Shown here in pieces: positions 40,197 through 51,021 of a DNA stretch of 64,000 nt (its first letter is position 1; each line of letters opens with the position of its first letter). The notes beneath the pieces were generated by a model that had not been told where the DNA came from, did no database searches, and saw only the letters and a program-made list of their open reading frames with translations. The position numbers and the translations under genes are program-made. The DNA is from Acidimicrobiales bacterium. Its GTDB lineage: Bacteria; Actinomycetota; Acidimicrobiia; Acidimicrobiales; CAIXPF01. The DNA is taken from positions 14,600-78,599 of the forward strand of contig JBJXFH010000142.1 in NCBI GenBank assembly GCA_046155365.1. The letters run 5' to 3'.

Positions 40197-41921
40197 ATGC
40201 GCTCGAAGATGACCGGCCACCAGACGCGCCGGTATGGCTGGGATCAAGCCCCGCGATCGGCGCCTCACCGATCTGCACCACGGACCGGAGGCCGGGCCCT
40301 GATCGGCTGGTTGCTGACCCTGGCCGTGGTGAGCACCGCGTGCGCCGGCAGCGACAAGCCGGACCAGGCGGCTTCGACCACCGTCACCCCCACCACCGGG
40401 ACCACCGCGCCGGCGGAGCCCACCGTGCCCTCCACCACCGCGGCATCGACCATCCCACCCAGCACCACCACCACCGCCTGGGCCGCCCGTCCCACACCGG
40501 CCATCTTCAGCGGCCCGGCGCCCGCCACTATGGAGGAGTGGCAGGCGTTGTGGCAGAACCAGAGACAGGCCATCGTCACCAAGATCAAGGCCGGCGGTTA
40601 CGGCATCGCCCCCGACGGCCGTTCGGCGCTGATCGCTGACGGCTACACCATCGATCTGTCCAAGTGCGGCACCGGGTGGAGCAATACCGAAGGCCTCTCC
40701 GACACCGAGATCCGCATCGGCCACACCACGGCGCTGACCGGCCCCGACGCGCAGTACGGCAAGATCACCACCGGCTGGCAGGCGTACCTGGGAGCAGTGA
40801 ACCAATCCGGCATCACCGACAGCACCGGGAAGACTCGTCGCTTCAACCTGGTCATCAAAGACGATGTGAACGACCCGAGCCGCACCATAACGGCGGTGAA
40901 TGAACTGATCGATCGGGAGAAAGTGCTCGCAGTGATCACCCTGAGCACCCTCGGCACATTCGGCACCTACGACACGCTGAACACCCGCTGCATCCCGCAA
41001 CCGATCGCACCATCGGCGCATCCGGCCTTCGGGGACCCCACCAAACATCCGTGGACCAGTGCCGAACCCTTGGCGCTCAACACCGAGGCCCTCTTGTGGG
41101 GCGCGTATATCGAGGCTCATGCCGATGAACTTCGGGCAGTGGACGGCAAGATCACCATCGCTGCGCTGGCCGCCAACAACGATTTCGGCAAGAGCTTCGA
41201 CGGTGGCCTGAGGACCTGGCTGCAGCAATCGCCCATCGCCGCCGACGTGGAGATCCACTCCGAATACGTGCAGTCCGGCCAAGCCAACATCGCCACCACC
41301 ATGGCCTCCCTGGCCGGAAGGGCGCCGGAGATCTTCATCGCCATGACTGGCACCAACGGTTGCACCCAGGCGGTCAGGGAGGCCTCCGTGCACGGCATCA
41401 AGGACATTGCTCAACAGCTGTTCCTGCCCTCCACCTGTCGCACCAATGCCCTCGTCGGCTCGGACAAGGTGGGCAACGCCAGCGACGGTTGGTTGAGCTT
41501 CGACGACGGCATCAAGGTGTTGGGCGGGGCCAGTGCTGATGGTGACCCGTGGGCCACGCAGACGCGGACCCTGCTTGACACCAACGGTCTGGACTGGCGC
41601 AGCTCCCCGCTGTACTTCCTCGGCGCCGGGGGATGGGCCTGGACCACCGAGCAACTGTTCCGCATCGCATCGGAGCTTGAAGGCGGCCTAACCAGGGTCA
41701 ACCTGATGGTAGCGCTGCGCAACCTGGACATGACCGCGCCGTTCCTGCCGCCGGGGGCCCGCTACAACCTGGACGGCAACCGGGACGCCTACCTCATCGA
41801 GTCCGGTCAGGTGGTCCGTTACAACGCCGCCGATCAGGTCTTCTACCGGGAGGGCGAGCTGATGGAACTGTCCGGTCGGACCCCGCCCTGCATCTGGGAG
41901 GCCAACGGACGCTGCCGCTGA
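40197..41921 (+). CDS. ABC-transporter substrate-binding lipoprotein (type I periplasmic binding fold, Leu/Ile/Val- or amide/urea-binding family)
   Basis: ATG at 40197 with GGAGG 6 nt upstream. Signal peptide with lipobox LAVVSTAC, a Thr/Pro-rich linker, then a LivK-like domain. No permease or ATPase genes are adjacent. Confidence 0.82.
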   Translation: MRSKMTGHQTRRYGWDQAPRSAPHRSAPRTGGRALIGWLLTLAVVSTACAGSDKPDQAASTTVTPTTGTTAPAEPTVPSTTAASTIPPSTTTTAWAARPTPAIFSGPAPATMEEWQALWQNQRQAIVTKIKAGGYGIAPDGRSALIADGYTIDLSKCGTGWSNTEGLSDTEIRIGHTTALTGPDAQYGKITTGWQAYLGAVNQSGITDSTGKTRRFNLVIKDDVNDPSRTITAVNELIDREKVLAVITLSTLGTFGTYDTLNTRCIPQPIAPSAHPAFGDPTKHPWTSAEPLALNTEALLWGAYIEAHADELRAVDGKITIAALAANNDFGKSFDGGLRTWLQQSPIAADVEIHSEYVQSGQANIATTMASLAGRAPEIFIAMTGTNGCTQAVREASVHGIKDIAQQLFLPSTCRTNALVGSDKVGNASDGWLSFDDGIKVLGGASADGDPWATQTRTLLDTNGLDWRSSPLYFLGAGGWAWTTEQLFRIASELEGGLTRVNLMVALRNLDMTAPFLPPGARYNLDGNRDAYLIESGQVVRYNAADQVFYREGELMELSGRTPPCIWEANGRCR

Positions 41922-41942
41922 CCCTGACCCCTCAGGCGCCGG

Positions 41943-43142
41943 TCAGCGGGCCAGGCGCTCGATGGCAGCGAGAGGGATGTGGGCCCAGTCGGGGCGGTAG
42001 CGGCGCTCGTAGGCCAGTTCGTAGATGGCCTTGTCCAACTCGAAGGCGTCCACCACGGTGGCCACGTCAGCGTCTGCGGCGGGCAATAAGGCGCCGATCT
42101 CCGGTACCGACCGGTATCCACGCCAGAACCGTTGACGGGCCTCGCGTTCCCACACCGGGGGCAGGCCGCCCACCGCCGCGGCATACCCGAAGGAACGGTA
42201 CATGCCGGCCACGTCACGCAACGGGGACGAGGGGGCCAGGCGCTCGGCCACCGGGCGGGCCGGTTCGCCCTCGAAGTCCAACACGTACCATCGCCGTTTC
42301 CAGTGCAGCACCTGCCCCAGGTGGTAGTCCCCGTGGATGCGGGTTGACACCCCGGCGTCGGCCAGGTTCCCCAGCGCCTCGAAGCGGACGGCCAGGTCCA
42401 TACCGGTAGGTACCGTCGTCCGGGACAGGTTGGCGGTCAGGGTGGCGGCCCAGTCGGTACCACCCACCCGGGGCGCCCCGAACGCCGCCGCCAACGCCAC
42501 ATGCATGGAGGCGGTGACCGTGCCCAGCGCACCGATGTGGTCCATGAACCACGGATCCTCGGTGGCCATCTCCCAGCCGCTGGTGGCGCCGGCCAGGAAC
42601 GTGCGGGCCACGGCCAGATCACGACCGTCACGTTCGAACGTCCCGCGCGGTTCGGCGATGGACCGGAAACCCTGGGCCCACAACCGCTCGCAGACCTCCA
42701 CGTCAGGGTTGCGGCCCGCGGCACCGTCACCGTCACCGATCTCGAATCGGCGGAAAACCTTGACGATGACCTCGCCCCGGCGGTGGCCTTCCTCGTCGTC
42801 TGCCAGCGTGGCCACCAACGACGTGTTGGACTGTTCACCGGCCAGCACCCGCACCGAGGTCACCGGCAGGTCCGGGAACATCCAGCGCAGTACGTCGGGA
42901 CGCTCCAGCGCCTCCGCCCCCGAATCCCCGTGGATCACCAGCTGGTACACCACTCGTTCGGCACCGCCCGCTCCCTCCCCGGTGAAGTCCACCGCCAACA
43001 GCACCCACCACAAACCGGCGCCGATGTCCACCGACTCCAGCACCTCGGAAGCGGCGACATGGCGATCATTGGCGGCGTACCAACGTTGCGCTCGCACCAG
43101 ATCCACCAACGCCGGGGCCGATACCTCAAGTCCGCCGCTCAC
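41943..43142 (-). CDS. mak: maltokinase (Mak/Pep2)
   Basis: GTG at 43140-43142 (GTGA overlap with the treS stop). Aminoglycoside-phosphotransferase-like core ([18 protein letters not shown]). Typical position after treS. Confidence 0.8.
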   Translation of the reverse strand: MSGGLEVSAPALVDLVRAQRWYAANDRHVAASEVLESVDIGAGLWWVLLAVDFTGEGAGGAERVVYQLVIHGDSGAEALERPDVLRWMFPDLPVTSVRVLAGEQSNTSLVATLADDEEGHRRGEVIVKVFRRFEIGDGDGAAGRNPDVEVCERLWAQGFRSIAEPRGTFERDGRDLAVARTFLAGATSGWEMATEDPWFMDHIGALGTVTASMHVALAAAFGAPRVGGTDWAATLTANLSRTTVPTGMDLAVRFEALGNLADAGVSTRIHGDYHLGQVLHWKRRWYVLDFEGEPARPVAERLAPSSPLRDVAGMYRSFGYAAAVGGLPPVWEREARQRFWRGYRSVPEIGALLPAADADVATVVDAFELDKAIYELAYERRYRPDWAHIPLAAIERLAR

Positions 43143-44950
43143 GAGTGGGACTCGTCGATCAACGAGAACCAGTAGAACCCATACGGCGGTAACGTCACGA
43201 AGTACGGCAACGCTCCAATGGCAGGGAATCGTACCCCACCCTGCATCTCCATCGGCACCTTGCCGGCCAGATGGGAAAGGTCCAACTCTGCGGGTTGCGC
43301 CACCTTGGAGAGATTGTTGACGCACAGCACGATGTCTTCGAACCCGTCGCTGTCCAGATCCCGCAACAGGGTGTCAGACCCATCGGCGGGCACACCGGAC
43401 TGGCTGGCGTCCACCACCACCCTTCGCAAATAGGCGAACACCGCCGGGTTGGGCACGTCGAGCGCTTCGAACGCCCCCATGCCGAACACCGGCAGTTCCT
43501 TGCGCACCTCCAACATGCGGCGGATCCAGTGCAGAAACGAGGAAGGGTCCCGCATCTGTGATTCCACGTTCACCCGCTGATAGCCGTACACCGGGTCCAT
43601 CAATGAGGGGAGGCACAGCTGGGCGAAATCGGCGGTGGAGAACCCGCCGTTGCGATCGGGGGTCCATTGCATCGGTGTACGCACGCCGTCACGGTCACCG
43701 AGGTAGATGTTGTCACCCATCCCGATCTCATCCCCGTAATAGAGCACCGGTGAACCCGGCAAGGACAACAACATGCCGTGGAACAACTCCGCTAACCGCC
43801 GGTCGTTGTCCAGCAACGGGAACAGCCGCCGGGCGATACCCACGTTGCGCTTCATGCGGGGGTCCTTGGCGTACTCGGCATACATGTAGTCCCGCTCCTC
43901 GTCGGTGACCATCTCCAGCGTCAACTCGTCGTGGTTGCGCAAGAAGATGCCCCACTGGCAACCGTCGGGTATGGCGGGGGTCTGGGACAAGATCTCCGTG
44001 ATCGGGTAGCGGCTCTCGCGGCGGGCGGCCATGAACATCCGGGGCATCAGCGGAAAGTGGAAGCACATGTGGCACTCGTCACCGTCCCCGAAGTAGTCGA
44101 CCACGTCGGCGGGCCACTGGTTGGCCTCCGCCAGCAACACCTTGCCCAGGAAGGACCGGTCCACCTCGGTGCGCAGCCGCTGGAGGTAGGCGTGGGTTTC
44201 GGGCAGGTTCTCGCAATTGGTCCCCTCCCGTTCGAACAGGTAGGGCACGGCGTCGAGGCGGAATCCGTCCAGGCCGATGTCCAGCCAGTACCGGACCACG
44301 TCCAACATGGCGTCCGCCACCGCCGGATTGGCGTAGTTCAGGTCCGGTTGATGGTGGAAGAACCGGTGCCAGAAGTACTGGCCGCGCTGGGCGTCGAACG
44401 TCCAGTTCGAGGTTTCGGTGTCCACGAAGATGACGCGGGCGTCGCGGTACGCGGCATCATCGTCCGCCCACACGTACCAATCGTGTTTGGGGTTGGTGCG
44501 GTCACTGCGCGATTCCAGGAACCATGGATGTTGGTCGCTGGTGTGGTTCATGACCATGTCGGCGACCACCCGTATGCCGCGGCGATGGGCTTCTTCCACC
44601 AACCACACGGCGTCGGCCAGATCGCCGTATTGGGGCAGGACGGTGAAGAAATCGCTGATGTCATAGCCTCCGTCACGCAACGGTGACTGGTAGAACGGCA
44701 GCAGCCACAGACAGTCGACACCGAGCCATTCGAGGTAGTCCAGTTTCTCGATGAGCCCCCGCAGATCCCCGGTGCCGTCCCCGTTGCCGTCCTTGAAGCC
44801 CCGCACCACCACCTCGTAGAACACGGCGCGTTGGAACCAGCGGCCATCCTCGGGGTCGAGGCGGTGGCCAATGGGGTGCGCCAACCGTTGGGAGGGCGGG
44901 CGGGAGCGGCGGTTGGCGATGGGGTGGAGGGGCTGGCCCGGGGCGCTCAT
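43139..44950 (-). CDS. treS: trehalose synthase (maltose alpha-D-glucosyltransferase)
   Basis: 603 aa GH13 protein. [44 protein letters not shown] and [12 protein letters not shown]. Confidence 0.95.
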   Translation of the reverse strand: MSAPGQPLHPIANRRSRPPSQRLAHPIGHRLDPEDGRWFQRAVFYEVVVRGFKDGNGDGTGDLRGLIEKLDYLEWLGVDCLWLLPFYQSPLRDGGYDISDFFTVLPQYGDLADAVWLVEEAHRRGIRVVADMVMNHTSDQHPWFLESRSDRTNPKHDWYVWADDDAAYRDARVIFVDTETSNWTFDAQRGQYFWHRFFHHQPDLNYANPAVADAMLDVVRYWLDIGLDGFRLDAVPYLFEREGTNCENLPETHAYLQRLRTEVDRSFLGKVLLAEANQWPADVVDYFGDGDECHMCFHFPLMPRMFMAARRESRYPITEILSQTPAIPDGCQWGIFLRNHDELTLEMVTDEERDYMYAEYAKDPRMKRNVGIARRLFPLLDNDRRLAELFHGMLLSLPGSPVLYYGDEIGMGDNIYLGDRDGVRTPMQWTPDRNGGFSTADFAQLCLPSLMDPVYGYQRVNVESQMRDPSSFLHWIRRMLEVRKELPVFGMGAFEALDVPNPAVFAYLRRVVVDASQSGVPADGSDTLLRDLDSDGFEDIVLCVNNLSKVAQPAELDLSHLAGKVPMEMQGGVRFPAIGALPYFVTLPPYGFYWFSLIDESHS

Positions 44951-45113
44951 GATCCGTTTCCGGTGCGTGGGGGCGATGCCGCTTGGGTGGGTGCAGCGCT
45001 GGACATGGGGACGTCGCTACCTCGGCCATGCTCGATGTCGGGAAAGGCAGGACGCCTTCTGGGTGGAGGCTATCGACCTGAACCGCCCAGACGAACCGCC
45101 CCCCGGAACCGTC

Positions 45114-47162
45114 TCAGCCGGCGGGTTGGATGTGACACAGATGCGCCGGGTGCTCGCCGGGATCCAGACGAACCCACGGCGAGGCACCCCGCCAGTGGAA
45201 GATCTGGCCACTCAGGCAATCCTCAGCCTGGAAGGGCGCATCCGGTTGGAGGCCCAACGCCGCCAGATCCAACTGCAACGTAGCGGCTTGGGCCTGGCGC
45301 GGGTCCAAGTTGACCACGCACAGCACCACATCGTCCCCCCAGCGGCGGGAGTACACGATGAGCGCCTCGTTGTCGCTGCTGTGGAAGTGCAGACCTTCCA
45401 TGCGCTGCAATGCCGGATGGGCCCGTCGCCAGGCATTGACGGTGCTGATCAGGCCCACCAGGTTGGGTTCGATGGAAAAGTCCCGCCGTACCACCTGGTA
45501 CTTCTCGGAATGCAGGTACTCGGTGTTATCGGGGCTCTGGGGCTGGTTCTCGCCCAGTTCATAGCCGGAGTAGATCCCGTAGTTGGGCACCAGGGTGGCC
45601 GCCAGCACCGCCCGCAGCCCGAACGCCGACAACGGGCCGTTGCGGAGCACACCTTCGAGTATGTCGGGGGTGTTGGGCCAGAAGTTGGGGCGCATCTGAT
45701 TGCGGGTGGGCGCCCCGCTCAGCTCGGTCAGGTACCCCGTGAGCTCGGCCCGGGTCCCCCGCCAGGTGTAATAGGTGTAGCTCTGGCTGAAGCCGACCTC
45801 GCCCAAAAGGTTCATCATGGCCGGGGCGGTGAAGGCCTCCGCCAGCAGCACCACGTCCGGATGGCGCTGGCGCAGGCGGCCGATGATCCAAGCCCAGAAC
45901 GCCACCGGTTTGGTGTGGGGGTTGTCCACCCGGAAAATCCGTATCCCCAGCGCGACCCAATGTTCAAGGACGTCCAGGCACGCCTGCCACAACGCGGCCC
46001 GGTCCTCATCCCGGTCGGGCCAGAAGTTGATCGGGTAGATGTCCTGATACTTCTTGGGAGGATTCTCGGCGTAGCGGATGGTGCCGTCTGCCAAGCGGTT
46101 GAACCATTCGGGATGAGCCGCCACCCACGGATGATCAGGCGAGCACTGCAGGGCATAATCCAGCGCCACGTCGATGCCCCGCTGCGCCGAGGCCCCGATC
46201 AACGCCACCAGGTCGTCCTCGGTGCCCAGCTCAGGATGCACCGCGGTATGGCCGCCCTCCGCGGCGCCGATGGCCCACGGACTACCGGGATCCTCCGGTG
46301 CGGCCTGCAAGGTGTTACCCGGCCCCTTGCGATGGGCCCGCCCAATGGGATGGATCGGCGGGAGGTACAACACGTCGAACCCCATGGCCGCCACCCGGTC
46401 CAGTTCGCCGATCACCCCGCGCAACCCGCCATGGGATCGCGGAAACAGCTCATACCAAGCCGAGAACCCCGCCCGCGGTCCTTCGGCCCACACCGCTAAC
46501 TTCTCGCTACGGGTCTGGTCCCACGGCGCCACCACCCCCACCAGCGCGGCCCGTACCTCAGGATCGAGCGCCGCCTCCAACCGCACGGTGGCGGAACAGG
46601 TGCTGCGCCGCAGGGTTTCAATCCGGTCCTGCACCCGTGCCAGGAGGGCGTGGTCACGCGGCCCGCCGTCCACGGAAGGCGCAACGGACGCAGCGTCATT
46701 CGGGAGCTGGTCCTCAGGTTCGGGGCGCTGGGCCCGCTCCGCCAGCAACCGCTCCAACAGCTCAGCGCCGATGTCGAACTCCACCGCCAGGTCCTGACCG
46801 GCGTCAGCCCGTTTGACCAGGTCACGTACCCAGCCGGCGAACCGGTCGGTCCACGCCACCACCTGCACCTCATGCCCGCCGCATTCGCCGGGCGTGAACC
46901 ATCCCACCACGTGCCCGCTGCCGTGATCCACCATGGGCGCCCATCGCCACGAGCCCCCATCGACACGCCAGCGCAACGCCGCCGCCAGCACATCGTGGCC
47001 GTCTTTCACCAATGTGGCGGACACCTCAACGGGAATCCCGACGGTGGCCTTGGCCGGCCATTGCCCACTCGCGGTTCGGGGTTGCAGCTCCAAGATGGCG
47101 ATGTGGTCGTGATATCGCGGTCCCGACACGCGCCGCACGCCGAGGTTTTTCGACGAAGCCAT
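45114..47162 (-). CDS. glgE: alpha-1,4-glucan:maltose-1-phosphate maltosyltransferase
   Basis: ATG at 47160-47162. N-terminal domain WPAKATVGIPVEVSATLVKDGHD is like other GlgE proteins. GH13_3 core (YLPPIHPIG, FRVDNPHTKP, LLAEAFT). The listed ORF to 47567 overlaps glgP. Confidence 0.93.
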   Translation of the reverse strand: MASSKNLGVRRVSGPRYHDHIAILELQPRTASGQWPAKATVGIPVEVSATLVKDGHDVLAAALRWRVDGGSWRWAPMVDHGSGHVVGWFTPGECGGHEVQVVAWTDRFAGWVRDLVKRADAGQDLAVEFDIGAELLERLLAERAQRPEPEDQLPNDAASVAPSVDGGPRDHALLARVQDRIETLRRSTCSATVRLEAALDPEVRAALVGVVAPWDQTRSEKLAVWAEGPRAGFSAWYELFPRSHGGLRGVIGELDRVAAMGFDVLYLPPIHPIGRAHRKGPGNTLQAAPEDPGSPWAIGAAEGGHTAVHPELGTEDDLVALIGASAQRGIDVALDYALQCSPDHPWVAAHPEWFNRLADGTIRYAENPPKKYQDIYPINFWPDRDEDRAALWQACLDVLEHWVALGIRIFRVDNPHTKPVAFWAWIIGRLRQRHPDVVLLAEAFTAPAMMNLLGEVGFSQSYTYYTWRGTRAELTGYLTELSGAPTRNQMRPNFWPNTPDILEGVLRNGPLSAFGLRAVLAATLVPNYGIYSGYELGENQPQSPDNTEYLHSEKYQVVRRDFSIEPNLVGLISTVNAWRRAHPALQRMEGLHFHSSDNEALIVYSRRWGDDVVLCVVNLDPRQAQAATLQLDLAALGLQPDAPFQAEDCLSGQIFHWRGASPWVRLDPGEHPAHLCHIQPAG

Positions 47163-47267
47163 CACCGGTACGCTACCGGCGCTCGGGCGGTTGTCGGCCG
47201 GGGAAGTTCGGTGTTCGTGGGGGTCAATGGTTTCGAGCAGGTCACCCTCCTCGGTAGCGTTGGTCCC

Positions 47268-49820
47268 TTGAAGGCCCTGCAGAGCTTCACCGTTCGACCG
47301 CACCTCCCCGCGCCGCTGGCCGATCTGACCACGCTGGCCATGAACCTGCGCTGGTCCTGGGATCGTCGTACCCGAGATCTCTTTGCCAGCATCGACCCCG
47401 CCCGCTGGGACGAGGTCATCCATGATCCGATGCGCATGCTCGCCACCACCAGCGTGCAGCGCTTGGAGGACCTCGCTGAAGAGCCGGCGTTCCTGACCGC
47501 GTTGGCTGTGGCCAAGGCCGATCTGGACCGCTATCTCACCGAGGACCGTTGGTTCCAGCGAACGCATCGCTCAGCCACCGGTACCGCCCCGATCAGCCAT
47601 GTCGGGTACTTCTCCCCCGAGTACGGCATCAGCGAGGCCGTGCCGCAGTACTCGGGCGGGTTGGGGGTGTTGGCCGGGGATCATTTGAAGGCCGCCTCGG
47701 ACCTCGGCGTGCCGGTGGTGGCCATCGGACTGTTCTACCGCCACGGTTATTTCCGCCAGGCGCTGTCAGTGGACGGCTGGCAACAGGAGCGATATCCGGA
47801 CCTGGACCCCTTCGCGCTGGCGGTGCAGTTGGTGGAAGGGGTCACGGTGCAGGTGGATCTGGCCGGCATCACCACCACCGCGCAGCTGTGGCGGGCGGAC
47901 GTGGGCCGGGTTCCGCTGTATCTGCTGGACACCGATCTGGACGTCAATCCCCCCGAGGTGCGCCAAGTCACGGACCGGCTCTACGGCGGGGACACCGAAC
48001 ACCGGCTACGCCAGGAGATACTGCTCGGTATTGGCGGGGTGCGGGCGTTGCGGGCGTTGGGCGTTCGCTGTGAGGTGTTCCACACCAACGAGGGCCACGC
48101 CGGGTTCCTAGGCCTGGAACGCATCCGCGAACTGATCCGCGAGCATGGCCTGAGCTACGCCGACGCCACCGAGGTGGCCCGGGCCGGCTGCCTGTTCACC
48201 ACCCACACCCCCGTACCGGCCGGTATTGACCGGTTCCCCCGGGAGCTGATGGAACGCTATTTCGGTGGTTTGGCCGCGGATTGCGGGATCAGCATGGATC
48301 AGCTGATGCGGCTGGGTCAGCGCATCGGCGAACCACCGGAGGAGCGCTTCAACATGGCGGTCATGGGCCTTCGCCTGGCGTTGCGCTCCAACGGCGTGTC
48401 GGCCTTGCACGGCGAGGTGTCCCGGGAGATGTTCGCCGATCTGTGGCCCGAGGTGCCCGCCCACGAGGTACCCATCACCTCCGTCACCAACGGGGTGCAC
48501 GGCCAGACCTGGGCTTCTCCCGAGATCGACGAGCTACTGACGAAATGCGTGGGCCCGGACTGGTCCGGAGCGGACGCCGAGCAATGGGAGAACGTGGCCG
48601 AGCTGTCCGCCAGCGAGATCTGGTCCACCCGGCGGGTGGGTGCGGACCGCATGGTGGGCTTCGTGCGGCAACGGTTGCACCGCTCCCAGCTGGAACGGGG
48701 CTTTTCGCCATCGGATGCCGCCTGGACGGCCAAGGCGCTTGATCCGGACGCCTTGACCATTTGCTTCGCCCGCCGCTTCGCCACCTACAAGCGCGCCACC
48801 CTGTTGTTGTCCCAACCCGAGCGGCTCCAGGCCCTGCTGACCGACGAGCGGCGGCCGTTGCAGTTCGTGTTCGCCGGTAAGGCCCACCCCGCCGATGACG
48901 GCGGCAAGGAGCTCATTCGTCAGATCGTCGCCTTTTCCCATGAGTTGGGCATCCGCCATCGTTTCGCTTTCCTCGATGATTACGACATTTCAGTGGCCCG
49001 GATGTTGTATCAGGGCGCAGACGTGTGGCTCAACACGCCCCGGCGGCCGTTGGAAGCGTGTGGCACCTCCGGCGAGAAAGCGGCACTCAACGGTGCGCTC
49101 AACTGCTCCATACTGGACGGTTGGTGGGATGAGATGTTCACCGGGGATAACGGCTGGGCCATCACCTCCGCCGATCGGGTGGAAGACCTCGCCCGCCGGG
49201 ATCAGATGGAAGCGGATTCGTTGTTCGGTCTGCTGGAACAACAAATTGTGCCGCTGTTCTACGATCGCTCCACGGACGGGTTGCCCCACGGTTGGATTTC
49301 CCGCATGCGTACCGCCTGGCACACCCTGGGCCCCCAGGTCACCGCCCAGCGGATGGTGCGAGATTACGTGACCAACCTGTACGCGCCGATCGCCGTGCGC
49401 TCCGCCCAGCTCCATACCCCCGAGGATGGTTTTGCCGCGGCCCGGGAGCTGTGCGCCTGGACCGCCAAGGTCACCGAAGCGTGGCACCAGGTGCACGTTG
49501 ATCGGGTGGATCCGGTGCATCCGGTCACAGAGTTGGGTGAGCGCAGCGAGGTGTTCGCCCAGGTGTTCCTGGGGCCGCTGGACGTCACGGACGTGTCGGT
49601 GCAGTTGCTGCACGGATCAGTGGGCGAAGGCGGCCAGTTGATCGATCCGGTGGTGAGCCCCATGGCCGACGCCGGCCCCCTCGATGACGCCCATCGCCGT
49701 TTCACCGCCAGCTTCACCGCCGATAGTACCGGACGGTATGGCTACACGGTACGGGTGGTGACCGCCCGAGAAGGCCTGTCCGCCCCCATGGAACTGGGCC
49801 TGGTCACCTGGGCCAGCTGA
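47268..49820 (+). CDS. glgP: alpha-glucan phosphorylase (GT35, actinobacterial GlgP type)
   Basis: TTG at 47268 gives an MKALQSFTVRPHLP start, like other actinobacterial enzymes. Contains the glycogen-phosphorylase-like PLP region FARRFATYKRATLL. The listed start at 46650 is antisense overlap with glgE. Confidence 0.92.
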   Translation: MKALQSFTVRPHLPAPLADLTTLAMNLRWSWDRRTRDLFASIDPARWDEVIHDPMRMLATTSVQRLEDLAEEPAFLTALAVAKADLDRYLTEDRWFQRTHRSATGTAPISHVGYFSPEYGISEAVPQYSGGLGVLAGDHLKAASDLGVPVVAIGLFYRHGYFRQALSVDGWQQERYPDLDPFALAVQLVEGVTVQVDLAGITTTAQLWRADVGRVPLYLLDTDLDVNPPEVRQVTDRLYGGDTEHRLRQEILLGIGGVRALRALGVRCEVFHTNEGHAGFLGLERIRELIREHGLSYADATEVARAGCLFTTHTPVPAGIDRFPRELMERYFGGLAADCGISMDQLMRLGQRIGEPPEERFNMAVMGLRLALRSNGVSALHGEVSREMFADLWPEVPAHEVPITSVTNGVHGQTWASPEIDELLTKCVGPDWSGADAEQWENVAELSASEIWSTRRVGADRMVGFVRQRLHRSQLERGFSPSDAAWTAKALDPDALTICFARRFATYKRATLLLSQPERLQALLTDERRPLQFVFAGKAHPADDGGKELIRQIVAFSHELGIRHRFAFLDDYDISVARMLYQGADVWLNTPRRPLEACGTSGEKAALNGALNCSILDGWWDEMFTGDNGWAITSADRVEDLARRDQMEADSLFGLLEQQIVPLFYDRSTDGLPHGWISRMRTAWHTLGPQVTAQRMVRDYVTNLYAPIAVRSAQLHTPEDGFAAARELCAWTAKVTEAWHQVHVDRVDPVHPVTELGERSEVFAQVFLGPLDVTDVSVQLLHGSVGEGGQLIDPVVSPMADAGPLDDAHRRFTASFTADSTGRYGYTVRVVTAREGLSAPMELGLVTWAS

Positions 49821-49935
49821 CGGACTCGCGCCCTGGCTGGCTCACGTCGTGGGCGCCGGCCGCCACCGGTCGCTCCACCGTACCGCTGATCCGCAGTCGT
49901 ACCGGGCGTGCCGGCGGCGGGCGGGTTGCTCGTCC

Positions 49936-50256
49936 CGGTATAGGAACTGGACCACTTTGTTCGCGGCGGCGGTGTCCGGCGAACCCTGGACAGCATCGAG
50001 ACGCCTTCGGAGCGACGCCGCGGCCTGGCGTGTGCTCGACCTCCTACCCCCTCACCTCATCCTCACCGGCCCAATCGTGGTGGGCGAACTCGCCTTCCCG
50101 TTGAAATCAGCGACGGCGGCGTTGAACGACCTCGTCGCTGCCGGCGTTCTCGTCGAGCACGGGACGGTGCAACCGAACGGGCGGGGGCGACCAAGCCGTC
50201 TGTACACGAGCGCCGAACTGCTCGGGCTCACCGCTTCGAACCCGTTGCGCGCCTGA
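49936..50256 (+). pseudogene. possible C-terminal relic of a Fic-family gene (winged-helix tail only)
   Basis: WRVLDLLPPHLILTGPIVVGELAFPLKSATAALNDLVAAGVLVEHGTVQPNGRGRPSRLYTSAELLGL matches the pattern of the wHTH tail of Fic proteins. No Fic core (HPFxxGNGR) lies upstream, because glgP ends at 49820. Confidence 0.35.
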
Positions 50257-50404
50257 CTCCGCCGCATCCCCCACTTCAGCGCGGACCCCACACGCCCCAT
50301 CGAAAGGACCGAAGGCGGCATCATCCCCGGCCCCCGGACCATACCGCTCAGCATCGACTGAGCGACCGAGCCGGGCGAACCGCAATGCTGCGAACGTCCG
50401 CGGG

Positions 50405-50752
50405 CTACAGCGAGAGGTGCAGCCGCAGCGCCTCGTCGAGCGCCTCCATGACCGATCCGGGCACGAAACCCACCCGAGGACCGATGCGCTCAACCGCGAC
50501 CGAGCGGATCTGCTCCGCCTGCGCCTTGGAATCGATGGGAAGGCCGGTGTCGGACCCCAACAACACCACCTGGAACGGGTACACCCGATCGAGGTTCGAG
50601 GTCACCGGCACCACGGTCACCACGCCCCGCCCCAACCGGGCCGCGGTCGAGTTGGCCCCGTCATTGCTGACCAGCACGGCCGGCCGCTGCTTGTTGGCCT
50701 CGGACCCCCGAACCGGCTCCAGGTCCACCAGCCGGATCTCACCCCGGCGCAT
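50405..50752 (-). CDS. mazF: MazF/PemK-family endoribonuclease toxin
   Basis: MRRGEIRLVDLEPVRGSEANKQRPAVLVSND and VTVVPVTSN are canonical MazF/PemK motifs. 14-nt overlap with the upstream antitoxin gene. Confidence 0.87.
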   Translation of the reverse strand: MRRGEIRLVDLEPVRGSEANKQRPAVLVSNDGANSTAARLGRGVVTVVPVTSNLDRVYPFQVVLLGSDTGLPIDSKAQAEQIRSVAVERIGPRVGFVPGSVMEALDEALRLHLSL

Positions 50753-50969
50753 CCACCAACCCGTCCCCGATGACGGACTCCCACCGCTCGGCATCACCGG
50801 ATTCGGCCCACTCCTGCCACGCGTCCTCGTACGCCGCGCCCAGTTCCGACGCCCGTAGGAGCCGCACCGCCCGGTGCAGGACCGCTGATCTGGATTCGAT
50901 GCCGTTGGCCTTGGCGTAGGCGTCGAGAAACGCCACATCCGCATCGGGCAGGCTGACACTCACCTTCAT
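50739..50969 (-). CDS. mazE: ribbon-helix-helix (CopG-like) antitoxin
   Basis: MKVSVSLPDADVAFLDAYAKANGIESRSAVLHRAVRLL is an RHH fold signature. 76 aa with an acidic tail. Confidence 0.78.
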   Translation of the reverse strand: MKVSVSLPDADVAFLDAYAKANGIESRSAVLHRAVRLLRASELGAAYEDAWQEWAESGDAERWESVIGDGLVDAPG

Positions 50970-51021
50970 ACCACCATGCTACCGCCGGTAGTATCGGAGT
51001 AGCACCATCCTCGCTTCGGCG

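Noticed and set aside
39864-41921. 685-aa ORF as a single SBP gene
   Set aside because: The first ~65 aa duplicate the protein's own C-terminus, so they are a paralogue fragment fortuitously in frame. The signal peptide and lipobox follow an internal ATG (40197) that has a good SD.
41917-41947. Hairpin (gctgacc ... ggtcagc) overlapping the convergent SBP and mak stops, as a bidirectional terminator
   Set aside because: The 7-bp stem has a 17-nt loop and no T-tract. Too weak to call without 3-prime end data.
45114-49820. Extended starts of glgE (47567) and glgP (46650) that would make the two genes overlap by about 900 nt
   Set aside because: The extensions are antisense to each other's conserved cores and do not resemble GlgE or GlgP N-termini. 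Internal starts at 47162 and 47268 reproduce the N-termini typical of the family.
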